Of a DNA stretch of 64,000 nucleotides, positions 36,406 through 44,682 are shown piece by piece. Each line of letters begins with the position of its first letter. Position 1 is the stretch's first letter. Source of the stretch: a virus (taxonomy: Duplodnaviria > Heunggongvirae > Uroviricota > Caudoviricetes); IMG/VR virus record IMGVR_UViG_3300032327_000093, positions 5,215 through 69,214 of that record. One strand, 5' to 3'. The position numbers and the translations under genes were made by a program. The notes below the pieces were generated by a model. It made no database searches, was not told the DNA's origin, and worked only from the letters and a program-made list of their open reading frames with translations.

Positions 36406-36896
36406 TACCACTCACCTTCGTTACGCATACGTTTAATAAAAGACAAGTAATTACTACATACACCGAAACAACGTAGATGTACTGTACTATACATACCTCT
36501 ATCTTGTATCTCAGGTAGAAAGATAACACTATTATTGTTTACGGGAACTGTACCCGGGGTAATGATTTTACCATTACTTGCGGTTACTGGTGTACTTTCA
36601 GTGTCAGTTGGGAACCAGAAGTAATTTGGATAATATTTACTTGGCTGTGTCACTATCCAATTTTGCATTTCAGTATTCATAGCATTCAACCAGAAACGAG
36701 GACCTTGTAAATACTTTTCGGTCACTTCAGTTATAGGTTGAGTAACACCCAAATATAGCTTTCCGTTATCGCGCCATACATTGACCATAGTGCTGAATCC
36801 AGCATTCATTGATTTAGTTATTTGTTTTGGGGTACAAGCGTCCTCAAAATTGGTTCCGTCGTAGATACCCTGATAAGATATATATTGTAAATTCAT
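36402..36896 (-). CDS. orphan reverse-strand hypothetical protein (164 aa, W/Y/N-rich)
   Basis: Only minus-strand ORF in a ~25-kb plus-strand region; no plus-strand ORF competes for the interval. Confidence 0.45.
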   Translation of the reverse strand: MNLQYISYQGIYDGTNFEDACTPKQITKSMNAGFSTMVNVWRDNGKLYLGVTQPITEVTEKYLQGPRFWLNAMNTEMQNWIVTQPSKYYPNYFWFPTDTESTPVTASNGKIITPGTVPVNNNSVIFLPEIQDRGMYSTVHLRCFGVCSNYLSFIKRMRNEGEWY

Positions 36897-36970
36897 GTAG
36901 TATTTAGCGTAAATGGGTAAAGAGTTTTGTATCTTGTCAACGGTTTTATCCTGAGGGGCGTTATATATAT

Positions 36971-37144
36971 ATGCGTGATAAAAATCAAACTGATTGCTAC
37001 GATGTTACGAAACGGGATAAAACCGAATCGTTTCAGGAACAATATCTGCCCAGAGGTTATGATTGGCGTAAATCCAATTGTGACGAAAAGCGTATTGGTC
37101 CATGTAAATTGAAGGATGAATATATCAAGCATAAACTTTCATAA
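36971..37144 (+). CDS. small Cys-containing protein (57 aa)
   Basis: Not in the ORF track; more plausible than the antisense ORF 36893-37132. Confidence 0.3.
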   Translation: MRDKNQTDCYDVTKRDKTESFQEQYLPRGYDWRKSNCDEKRIGPCKLKDEYIKHKLS

Positions 37145-37161
37145 ACTTAAAGGAAACTTAA

Positions 37162-37422
37162 ATGAAAACTATCGCTACTCTTATCGCTACACTAGCTACA
37201 ACTATCGCCTTCGCCGCAGAGACTGCTAAACCAGTCGGCCCTGCTGCACCCGCAGCTACCCCAGTAGCAACTGCACCCGCAGCTACTGCTCCTGCTAAAA
37301 AGGAAGAAATGAAGCTAGCTAAGAAGGAGGGTGCCAAACAGGACTCTACCAAAAGCCATAAGTCTACCAAGGACAAAAAAGCTACAGCTAAAGCTGAGCC
37401 AGCAAAAGCCGCTACTAAGTAA
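37162..37422 (+). CDS. secreted low-complexity Ala/Pro/Lys-rich protein with Sec signal peptide
   Basis: MKTIATLIATLATTIAFA-AE signal; RBS aaaggaaacttaaATG. Confidence 0.5.
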   Translation: MKTIATLIATLATTIAFAAETAKPVGPAAPAATPVATAPAATAPAKKEEMKLAKKEGAKQDSTKSHKSTKDKKATAKAEPAKAATK

Positions 37423-37630
37423 TACGATATTTGACGATAATGATGACGATGATGATTCAGAAGAACTAGATTATCATCGTGCATACGGTCGTCCTAAAGT
37501 ACACAAGGTAAAAGAAACAGTTACAGACTTTGATGATGATGAACCATTATCAGATTATGTAACTGTTAGGTTAGCTGTTGCACGAGCAAAAGCTATGTTA
37601 AAATATAGAGAAAACTCTGTGCAGGCATAA
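37331..37630 (+). CDS. possible small acidic protein with a poly-Asp tract (DDNDDDDDSEE); start uncertain, overlaps the 37162 gene
   Basis: ORF in a different frame; no clear start after 37422. Confidence 0.25.
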   Translation: MPNRTLPKAISLPRTKKLQLKLSQQKPLLSNTIFDDNDDDDDSEELDYHRAYGRPKVHKVKETVTDFDDDEPLSDYVTVRLAVARAKAMLKYRENSVQA

Positions 37631-37639
37631 ATACAGTTA

Positions 37640-37873
37640 ATGAGTTCTGTAACAAAAACTCAGTTTACACATACACAGGAGAATATAATGTTAAAGCAAT
37701 TAGGTGGCTATCTTTATAGCCTATTAGAAAAATTCAGTGAACCGCAGTCATACGGAGCATCACTAGAACGATACATCGTATCACATAATCCCACAAGTAC
37801 CGCACAAGTAGAAGCACTAGAGCGTAAGTTTGAACTACTATATTCGGCACGTAACAAAAGCTGGATGATATAA
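37640..37873 (+). CDS. hypothetical small protein (likely start ATG 37688 with RBS aggagaatataATG)
   Basis: ORF. Confidence 0.35.
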   Translation: MSSVTKTQFTHTQENIMLKQLGGYLYSLLEKFSEPQSYGASLERYIVSHNPTSTAQVEALERKFELLYSARNKSWMI

Positions 37874-38005
37874 TATGAAAATCTTAAAATCAATTTATGA
37901 TTTTCTACAAGAAGTAGGGCGTATACGTGCAGCATCATATCTTGCACGTAGAGGGCAGTATGAAGCTGCACAAAAACTTATGACAAGTGACTTGAAAGGA
38001 TAATT

Positions 38006-38287
38006 ATGTTTACACCAGATTTTTATATAGAGATGTTCCAGTCCTCAAAAAGGATGGCTACTAACCAAGTTTTCAAAGACGAGAGATTGAATAAAATTGC
38101 TAATGATTTTATAGACGCCCAAACAGTCTTTGCAAAGATGTTAGCAAAGAATACAATAGAGATGTTGTCTTATACTGTTGATAGTATGAACAAAACAATT
38201 TATCCTCAAGGTGAGGATGAGTCAGTCAAAGCAAAGACTGCTAAAAAATCAGCTAATACACACACCGACATAACACAAGGAGATTAA
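38006..38287 (+). CDS. hypothetical small protein
   Basis: ORF. Confidence 0.35.
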   Translation: MFTPDFYIEMFQSSKRMATNQVFKDERLNKIANDFIDAQTVFAKMLAKNTIEMLSYTVDSMNKTIYPQGEDESVKAKTAKKSANTHTDITQGD

Positions 38288-38288
38288 A

Positions 38289-38564
38289 ATGTCACAATTT
38301 GAAACACCAAAATTACCCGAAGTAAAATTCAACAAGAACGGCTACGAGATTCGTACCGAGATTCTTAAACAAGCACAAGACCTAATTGGTCAAGAATTCT
38401 CATACAAATGGAATGGTTGGGAAATGTCTCAAATAAGAGACAAAGATGGCAATATCGTTACCAAAGTTGGTATGCCTGAATTCCCAGGAGTTGAAAAGGT
38501 ACTTGAAACCGCTGAAAAGATGTATGCTTTTGTAAATCAAAACACACCTTCTTCTAAGAAGTAA
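38289..38564 (+). CDS. hypothetical small protein
   Basis: ORF with RBS caaggagattaaaATG. Confidence 0.4.
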   Translation: MSQFETPKLPEVKFNKNGYEIRTEILKQAQDLIGQEFSYKWNGWEMSQIRDKDGNIVTKVGMPEFPGVEKVLETAEKMYAFVNQNTPSSKK

Positions 38565-38575
38565 TTCTACCACAA

Positions 38576-38598
38576 AATGCCCCGGAGAACGGGGCATT
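38576..38598 (+). terminator. hairpin aatgccccg-gagaa-cggggcatt (terminator-like)
   Basis: 9-bp GC-rich perfect stem right after the stop of gene 38289-38564. Confidence 0.5.
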
Positions 38599-38605
38599 TC
38601 CACGG

Positions 38606-38634
38606 TTGACAATAAATGGTTTTGGGTCTATAAT
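38606..38634 (+). promoter_or_regulatory. consensus sigma70 promoter, cassette copy B (TTGACAataaatggttttgggtcTATAAT)
   Basis: Perfect -35/-10 with 17-nt spacing; downstream leader cttagacagtcaa shared with copy C. Confidence 0.6.
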
Positions 38635-38667
38635 AGAGGCTTAGACAGTCAACAAACGGAGTTAATT

Positions 38668-38925
38668 ATGTCAGCATTGCAAAAATACATTGATCAAAAG
38701 AACAAATGGAACAAATTGTTCAAAGGCCCTCAGTATGAGATACAGACTGCTAAAGGTCGTCAGGTAGTTGCTGCTTGTTTGGACAGCGACCTCAGCCCTG
38801 AGAACTTGACCTGTGACGGTGAATTGCCCCGTAGTCAGGTTCAGGCCAAGCATCGTGCATTGTCACAGGCTGCAAAAGAACTGCAAAAACTGGATCCTAC
38901 TGTTAAATTCTATGAATTTGCGTAA
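38668..38925 (+). CDS. hypothetical small protein
   Basis: ORF with RBS aacggagttaattATG. Confidence 0.4.
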   Translation: MSALQKYIDQKNKWNKLFKGPQYEIQTAKGRQVVAACLDSDLSPENLTCDGELPRSQVQAKHRALSQAAKELQKLDPTVKFYEFA

Positions 38926-38934
38926 GGCCTAGGC

Positions 38935-38963
38935 TTGACATTAAATGGTTTTGGGTATATAAT
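38935..38963 (+). promoter_or_regulatory. consensus sigma70 promoter, cassette copy C (TTGACAttaaatggttttgggtaTATAAT)
   Basis: Near-identical to copies A and B. Confidence 0.6.
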
Positions 38964-38996
38964 ACATACTTAGACAGTTAATTAAAGGACTTCAAA

Positions 38997-39275
38997 ATGG
39001 CTTATTATGTTATTGCACGTGGTACTGGTCTTATCGTTACTGATGGTTCTAATCGTACCCGTAGTTACAAAACTTTTGGTGCTGCCCGTGCTACACGGAC
39101 CCGTCTTTGCAACAAAGCAGGTTGGAGTGCTGATGAACTCAGTATCGTAAACACCCAGCATTACAAACCTAACATGGTTACTCGCAAGAATCTTATGAGT
39201 GGTATTGAATATCAGGAAGATGTTAACACTCCCCTATGCTGTTCCCCCGCTAGCGAAACTTTTTGGAGCATGTAA
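38997..39275 (+). CDS. hypothetical small protein
   Basis: ORF. Confidence 0.4.
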   Translation: MAYYVIARGTGLIVTDGSNRTRSYKTFGAARATRTRLCNKAGWSADELSIVNTQHYKPNMVTRKNLMSGIEYQEDVNTPLCCSPASETFWSM

Positions 39276-39577
39276 TTATGACACCCTTGTCTGAACGTCA
39301 AAAGACCTTGATTGTGAATAACGTAGTCAAGGCAGTAAAAAACATTGACAACCTGAATCGTACTGGTTACAACTTTCTGTATCTATGCTCAGGTTTTATT
39401 GCTCACTATGACCTGCATGGCTTCATTGCAAGCTATACTGGTCAATCACTTAAGCGTGATATCCTTAATTTTGCTGGTCAGAATCAATGGAATAACTTTC
39501 ATCCTGGCGAGAGTGATTACGATTACTACATGGCTAAAAAAGAAGTTTACAACCGTATCTTGCGCGAGATCGTATAA
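39263..39577 (+). CDS. hypothetical small protein
   Basis: ORF. Confidence 0.35.
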   Translation: MEHVIMTPLSERQKTLIVNNVVKAVKNIDNLNRTGYNFLYLCSGFIAHYDLHGFIASYTGQSLKRDILNFAGQNQWNNFHPGESDYDYYMAKKEVYNRILREIV

Positions 39578-39579
39578 AT

Positions 39580-39999
39580 ATGATTATGATGGAAATCAAA
39601 GTTGAGGGTAGTCGCCGAAACAAAAAATTTGTTGAGGCACTCCTTCCCTCAATGATTACCCAACTTGGTCTTGAGCGTTGCCGCAAAGCATTACTGATCC
39701 GTGTGTATGACGAATGCGAGGGTGACAATCAAGGCTTGACACTTGACTTATCACATTTTACTGGTGCATATCTTGTGATTATCAAACCTAACCGTAGTCT
39801 CTACCAGATTGGTCTTACCCTAGCGCATGAGTTGGTCCATGTGAAACAGTTTGCAAAAGGTACACTAAAACAAGGTAAGAGTGGTCATACATGGGCAGGC
39901 AAAAAGTACAGTAAGAAAACACCTTACTTGGACCAACCTTGGGAGATCGAAGCCTTCAGTCGTCAAGAACTTATTCTACGCCGTGCATTCGAACAATAA
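39580..39999 (+). CDS. hypothetical HExxH protein (LAHELVHVKQF), paralog-like of 6535-7197
   Basis: ORF; HELVH motif. Confidence 0.4.
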   Translation: MIMMEIKVEGSRRNKKFVEALLPSMITQLGLERCRKALLIRVYDECEGDNQGLTLDLSHFTGAYLVIIKPNRSLYQIGLTLAHELVHVKQFAKGTLKQGKSGHTWAGKKYSKKTPYLDQPWEIEAFSRQELILRRAFEQ

Positions 40000-40026
40000 T
40001 CAGTTACCCAAAACAATCAAACATAA

Positions 40027-40055
40027 TTGACAGTAAATCAGTTTTCGTATACAAT
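40027..40055 (+). promoter_or_regulatory. sigma70 promoter TTGACA-17 nt-TACAAT
   Basis: ttgacagtaaatcagttttcgtatacaat; RBS taggagttaattATG follows. Confidence 0.5.
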
Positions 40056-40098
40056 AGAGTTTCTTTATCAGCAAGCCAATAACATATAGGAGTTAATT

Positions 40099-41202
40099 AT
40101 GGCATCAGCAGTCTCTGACAATCTTACAGTAACATCAGTACAAGCCCGCAAGGCTATTCTGAAAGCATTCAAAGCAAAACGTCCCTTGTTTCTCTGGGGC
40201 CCTCCCGGTATCGGTAAATCTGAAGTTGTAGCAGACATTACTGCTGAACTTGGTGGATTTATGATTGACTTGCGTATGGCGCAAATGGAACCCACTGACA
40301 TTCGCGGTATCCCATACTTCAACAAGGACCTCAACAAGATGGATTGGGCTGCCCCGATCGACTTGCCTGACGAGGACCTCGCATCACAATATCCTATCGT
40401 TGTTCTTTTCTTGGATGAAATGAATAGTGCGATGCCTGCTGTACAGGCTGCTGGCTATCAGTTGATTTTGAATCGCCGTGTTGGTAAGTACAAGTTGCCC
40501 GATAATGTTGTTATCGTTGCTGCTGGTAATCGTGATAGTGACAAAGGTGTTACTTATCGCATGCCGATGCCCCTTGCTAATCGTTTCTTGCACTTGGAAA
40601 TGCGTTCGGACTTTACGTCATGGCAAACATGGGCAGTCAACAAAGGCATTCACAAGGATGTGGTTGGTTATCTGAGTTTTGCAAAACAGGACTTGTATGA
40701 TTTCAATAGCAAATCGTCAAGCCGTGCATTCGCTACCCCACGTAGCTGGTGTTTTGTGAGTGACTTGTTGGATGACGAGGCAGACACTGATTCTGATACA
40801 TTGTTCAATCTGATCTCAGGTTGCGTTGGTGAAGGTCTCGCTGTTAAGTTTTCTGCACACCGCAAGATTTCTGGTAAGTTGCCTGAACCTAGCGATATCT
40901 TGTCAGGCAAAGTTACTGACTTGAATGTCAAGGAAATTAGTGCAATGTATTCATTGACAATTTCATTGTGCTATGAATTGCGTGATGCACTTGAACACCA
41001 GAAGGTTTCTAGCAAGAAGTTCCACGAAATGTCTGACAATTTCTTGGTCTACATGATGAAGAACTTTGAGACTGAGTTGGTAGTGATGGGTGCTAAGATT
41101 GCACTTAAGACTTATAAGTTGCCGATTGAACCAAGTCAATTGAAACACTTTGACGAGTTCCACAAGAAGTACGGCAAGTACATTGTAGACGCAGGTAACT
41201 AA
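40099..41202 (+). CDS. MoxR/CbbQ/CobS-like AAA+ ATPase
   Basis: Walker A LWGPPGIGKSE, Walker B VVLFLDEMN, VVIVAAGNRD, and a PMPLANRF arginine-finger region typical of MoxR-class AAA+. Confidence 0.7.
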   Translation: MASAVSDNLTVTSVQARKAILKAFKAKRPLFLWGPPGIGKSEVVADITAELGGFMIDLRMAQMEPTDIRGIPYFNKDLNKMDWAAPIDLPDEDLASQYPIVVLFLDEMNSAMPAVQAAGYQLILNRRVGKYKLPDNVVIVAAGNRDSDKGVTYRMPMPLANRFLHLEMRSDFTSWQTWAVNKGIHKDVVGYLSFAKQDLYDFNSKSSSRAFATPRSWCFVSDLLDDEADTDSDTLFNLISGCVGEGLAVKFSAHRKISGKLPEPSDILSGKVTDLNVKEISAMYSLTISLCYELRDALEHQKVSSKKFHEMSDNFLVYMMKNFETELVVMGAKIALKTYKLPIEPSQLKHFDEFHKKYGKYIVDAGN

Positions 41203-41211
41203 AGTTTTTGG

Positions 41212-41243
41212 GTGAGAATGGTGTGAACATTCTCACTCTTTTT
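41212..41243 (+). terminator. rho-independent terminator (gtgagaat-loop-attctcac followed by TCTTTTT)
   Basis: 8-bp stem plus T-tract immediately after the AAA+ gene stop. Confidence 0.6.
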
Positions 41244-41245
41244 GC

Positions 41246-41274
41246 TTGTTATAAAATAAATTGTATGCTATAAT
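41246..41274 (+). promoter_or_regulatory. promoter TTGTTA-17 nt-tgcTATAAT (extended -10) with inverted repeat TATGCT...AGCATA
   Basis: ttgttataaaataaattgtatgctataat. Confidence 0.45.
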
Positions 41275-41300
41275 ACAGCATATTTGATAAAGGACTAGAT

Positions 41301-42593
41301 ATGAGTAGCGTAATTACCCCAACAAAAAAGAAAAAACGTAATGACAAGTTTGATAAACTTGTTGGACCTACTGATGCTAAGATTGATGCACAAGCCCGTG
41401 AACGATTGATTTCGGCACGTGTGGGTTTGTTGTTGCGTCATTCATTCTTTGGCAATCTTGCTACACGCCTCAAGTTGACTAATGCTGACGAGTGGTGCAG
41501 TACAGCAGCTACTGATGGTCAAAAATTCTATTACAATAGCCGTTTCATTATGCTATTGAAACCCAAAGAAGTTGAGTTCCTAGTTGGACATGAAGTGTTG
41601 CATGTGGTCTACGATCACATGGGTCGTATTGGTAATCGTGACCCGCAGATGTTCAACATCGCCAATGACTATGCAGTTAATGCAGACTTGAAACGTCACG
41701 GTGTAGGACAGTTTATCACGAGTGTCCCGTGCTTGTATGAAAAGAAATATGACGGCAAAGCTAGCGAGGAAATCTATGATGACTTGATGAAGAATGTCAA
41801 GCAGATTGATATTGGCTCTTTGATTGACCAGATGATTGACGATCACCTTGAAGATGAAGGTGAAGGCAACGGTGAGGGTGAAGGTGAAGAAGGCGACAAA
41901 GAAAGCAAAGGCAAAGGTCGTCCTAAAATGTCTCCCGAAGACCGTGAGCGTTTGCGTCAAGAAATGAAACAAGCGATCATCAGTGCCGCAAGTACATGCG
42001 AAGCTGGTCAATTGCCCTTAGGTGTCGAGCGACTAATCAAGCAACATACTGACCCAGTCATGCCTTGGCGTGAACTGATTCAGACTAATTTGATTAGTGC
42101 TATCCGTGCAGATTATTCTTGGATGCGTCCCTCACGTAGAGGTTGGCACATGGATGCTATCATGCCCGGTATGAATCCCGGTGAAGAGATTGATGTGGTA
42201 GTATCACTTGATATGAGTGGTAGTATCAGCAACAGTCAAGCACAAGCATTCTTGGGCGAGATTGGTGGCATGATGGATGCGTTTGATGGCTACAAGGTCC
42301 ATGTATTCTGTTTTGATACTGATACATACAACCCCCAAGACTTCAATAGCGATAGCATGGATACTATTGACGAATATGAACCACAAGGTGGTGGAGGTAC
42401 TGACTTTGATTGTATCTTTAAGTACTTGAAAGATAATGCAATCGATCCTAAGCGATTGATTGTGTTCACGGATGGATACCCGTGCGGCAGTTGGGGTGAC
42501 CCTGAATATTGTGATACTACTTGGATCATTCATGGTGACAAAAATCCGAATCCCCCGTTCGGTACTTTTGCACTATATGACGATAAATCGTAG
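41301..42593 (+). CDS. vWA-domain protein with N-terminal metallopeptidase-like HExxH domain (MoxR partner; CobT/DUF2201-like)
   Basis: VGHEVLHVVYDH; acidic linker EDEGEGNGEGEGEEGD; VWA metal-ion-dependent adhesion site (MIDAS) motif VVVSLDMSGSI. Confidence 0.65.
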   Translation: MSSVITPTKKKKRNDKFDKLVGPTDAKIDAQARERLISARVGLLLRHSFFGNLATRLKLTNADEWCSTAATDGQKFYYNSRFIMLLKPKEVEFLVGHEVLHVVYDHMGRIGNRDPQMFNIANDYAVNADLKRHGVGQFITSVPCLYEKKYDGKASEEIYDDLMKNVKQIDIGSLIDQMIDDHLEDEGEGNGEGEGEEGDKESKGKGRPKMSPEDRERLRQEMKQAIISAASTCEAGQLPLGVERLIKQHTDPVMPWRELIQTNLISAIRADYSWMRPSRRGWHMDAIMPGMNPGEEIDVVVSLDMSGSISNSQAQAFLGEIGGMMDAFDGYKVHVFCFDTDTYNPQDFNSDSMDTIDEYEPQGGGGTDFDCIFKYLKDNAIDPKRLIVFTDGYPCGSWGDPEYCDTTWIIHGDKNPNPPFGTFALYDDKS

Positions 42594-42828
42594 TGATGAT
42601 TACAAGGCTACAGTATTAGAAAGCCCTGATCATGGTAAGACGATCTACTCCCGACAGAGTGGATCGTCTGATCGTACTTTGATACAAGAGGATCCTTTAA
42701 CAAAAGTTACTCAAAGATGGTTTACTTGGAAAGACATACTCAAGTTATCTGAAACAGAACCTAGCTTGCGTGATTTGGTAGAAAAAGCTGAAACAGTTTA
42801 TGCGTTACTCAAAGAAGAAAACAACTAG
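42576..42828 (+). CDS. hypothetical small protein (start at ATG 42576)
   Basis: The 5' part of ORF-track entry 42460-42828 overlaps the vWA gene, so the start was moved to the internal ATG. Confidence 0.3.
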
Positions 42829-43171
42829 ATTCGTTGCCATGTGGGACATGACTGGGCTTGAAGCCTTGATCAATGTCACAAAAATAGAAAAAGAACATGA
42901 GCAATGGGAAAAAGAAAAGATGTGGAGTATTCTTAAGGAAGAAAATATCAAACCTAAACCACCAATGGTTCCATTAATGATGATGATAATGAGAGCCAAA
43001 GCAAATACTCAACGTCATTATGAAATCTATACCTTTGATTCAGAGTTGTCCGAAGAAGATATTAGAGAAGCATTTGAAGTATATCCACAAGTGATTGTTG
43101 ATAGTATTCGTAGTATTGGACATAAATTTTATAGCGATAGAGCAGATAAGAAACAGCAAGTGATCGTATGA
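42800..43171 (+). CDS. hypothetical protein
   Basis: ORF. Confidence 0.35.
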   Translation: MRYSKKKTTRFVAMWDMTGLEALINVTKIEKEHEQWEKEKMWSILKEENIKPKPPMVPLMMMIMRAKANTQRHYEIYTFDSELSEEDIREAFEVYPQVIVDSIRSIGHKFYSDRADKKQQVIV

Positions 43172-43599
43172 TGTATATAGGCACAAGTTTAGGTAAATGT
43201 TTACGTAGTCTGTTGTTGGACGAAGTGTCCGTAGATGATGTATTATTGATTATCACTCGCACCAGGGCTAAAGATTTTGAGGCTTTTATTGGTGTGGTAA
43301 AAGCATACTACGAGGATAGTATTTCTGATTTACGTTATTCTTCAAACCGACAAGAGGAATATGATCTTGCAGTCAAGCCATGGCATGAAGTAGAACAACT
43401 TGCAACATATTTGTATGAACTTGGCAAGATTCATCAGCCACGAAATTTTGCAGAATTAGGTAGTCAGTTCAGCCACCCTGGATTGAGTCAAGATGTTTGG
43501 GTAGAAGTATCACCTAAGAGCCGTAACACTACCCCTGCGGTTGTGCAAGCATACGAACATTATAAACTGCTTGATTCACTGACCAAAGATCACTCATAA
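43168..43599 (+). CDS. hypothetical protein
   Basis: ORF. Confidence 0.35.
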   Translation: MMYIGTSLGKCLRSLLLDEVSVDDVLLIITRTRAKDFEAFIGVVKAYYEDSISDLRYSSNRQEEYDLAVKPWHEVEQLATYLYELGKIHQPRNFAELGSQFSHPGLSQDVWVEVSPKSRNTTPAVVQAYEHYKLLDSLTKDHS

Positions 43600-43611
43600 A
43601 AATATTTCGTT

Positions 43612-43643
43612 GAGTATAACAGATATTAAATATCTATGTACTC
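43612..43643 (+). promoter_or_regulatory. palindromic operator-like site (core AGATATTaAATATCT within GAGTATAAC...ATGTACTC)
   Basis: Perfect 15-bp palindrome 43621-43635 with partly symmetric flanks, 20 nt upstream of ATG 43658. Confidence 0.45.
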
Positions 43644-43657
43644 AAGGAGAATAATTT

Positions 43658-44386
43658 ATGAGTTTTTTAAAACATGTCGGTAAACACGGTGATCGTAAGG
43701 TTGCTATCATCTTTCGTGAGGTTCCAGGTGAATCTCACATGTGTCTTGTAACATATACTGAGACACTAAATCAGCACATTCACGATCCATTGATTCGTTG
43801 TATTGAAAGTGATATTGGGCAACATAGTGAATCATTAAGTGATGCATTGAACCGCACCTTGGGACTAGACGGTCGTCCTATATTGCAAGTATTGCACCGT
43901 GAAGGATTACTAAAAAAAGTAAACACTGAACAAATTGTTGTCACCCCAAATCCTCAAACCAAAATCAAATTGAATGAACTCAATAAGATTTTGACTGAGA
44001 TGAAGCAGGGAGAAGATGCTGTTAAACGTATGGCTGATATTGACCAAAGCAGAGGAATGCAAACACCTGCAGAGGTAGCACGTAGACAGCGTGAGAGCAA
44101 GACCCGTGATGCTAAGGTTCAGCAACCACCATTGGTTGCTAGCAGCAATGATGCATTGGGTGATAGTGCAATAGCAAATAACTTGCGTCAACAAGCAGCT
44201 AGAATGGCAGCAGAGGCTAAAGGCTTGATGGCTGAAAGTGCTGATCTATTGAAGCAAGCAGCAGAAATAGATCCTCCTGTAATAGAGAAGAAGCCAAGAA
44301 CAACAAAGAAGGCAGTTGTAGTTGAAGCACCAGTCGTAGAAGCTGCACCTAAAGTAAAGAAAACAAGAGCAAAAGTTAGTGCATAA
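43658..44386 (+). CDS. hypothetical protein (242 aa; A/K/E-rich C-terminal half)
   Basis: ORF with RBS caaggagaataatttATG. Confidence 0.4.
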   Translation: MSFLKHVGKHGDRKVAIIFREVPGESHMCLVTYTETLNQHIHDPLIRCIESDIGQHSESLSDALNRTLGLDGRPILQVLHREGLLKKVNTEQIVVTPNPQTKIKLNELNKILTEMKQGEDAVKRMADIDQSRGMQTPAEVARRQRESKTRDAKVQQPPLVASSNDALGDSAIANNLRQQAARMAAEAKGLMAESADLLKQAAEIDPPVIEKKPRTTKKAVVVEAPVVEAAPKVKKTRAKVSA

Positions 44387-44682
44387 TGAGCCCAGAATTC
44401 ATTGAAAAGTGGGAACATATCCTTGAAGATGTTGAGAAAAATAAGATACCTGTTCAATTCATTAAGAAATTAATAATTAAACTAGAAGGCAAAAAGCAAC
44501 AGACATTAAACATTGAGAAATTTTTAAGTCAAGGATTGGACGCAGACCAAATTGAAGAAGTGGTAAGTAGAAAACTACAAGAGTTAGATGACTCTGTGGT
44601 TGGTGTAGAGTTTCTACTCAATGTACAAAACATTGCTGATGCAGTACAACCAGAAACGGATAAAATACTAGGTAACCTATGA
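44386..44682 (+). CDS. hypothetical small protein
   Basis: ORF. Confidence 0.35.
   Translation: MSPEFIEKWEHILEDVEKNKIPVQFIKKLIIKLEGKKQQTLNIEKFLSQGLDADQIEEVVSRKLQELDDSVVGVEFLLNVQNIADAVQPETDKILGNL

Noticed and set aside
36893-37132. Minus-strand 79-aa ORF
   Set aside because: Hydrophobic low-complexity shadow ORF. A plus-strand 57-aa ORF (36971-37144) and the promoter region of gene 36402-36896 explain the interval better.
37158-37484. Minus-strand 108-aa ORF
   Set aside because: Antisense to the signal-peptide protein 37162-37422, whose RBS and Sec signal are convincing.
40068-40337. Minus-strand ORF overlapping the promoter and start of the AAA+ gene
   Set aside because: It overlaps a consensus promoter, RBS and Walker-A region of a well-supported plus-strand gene.
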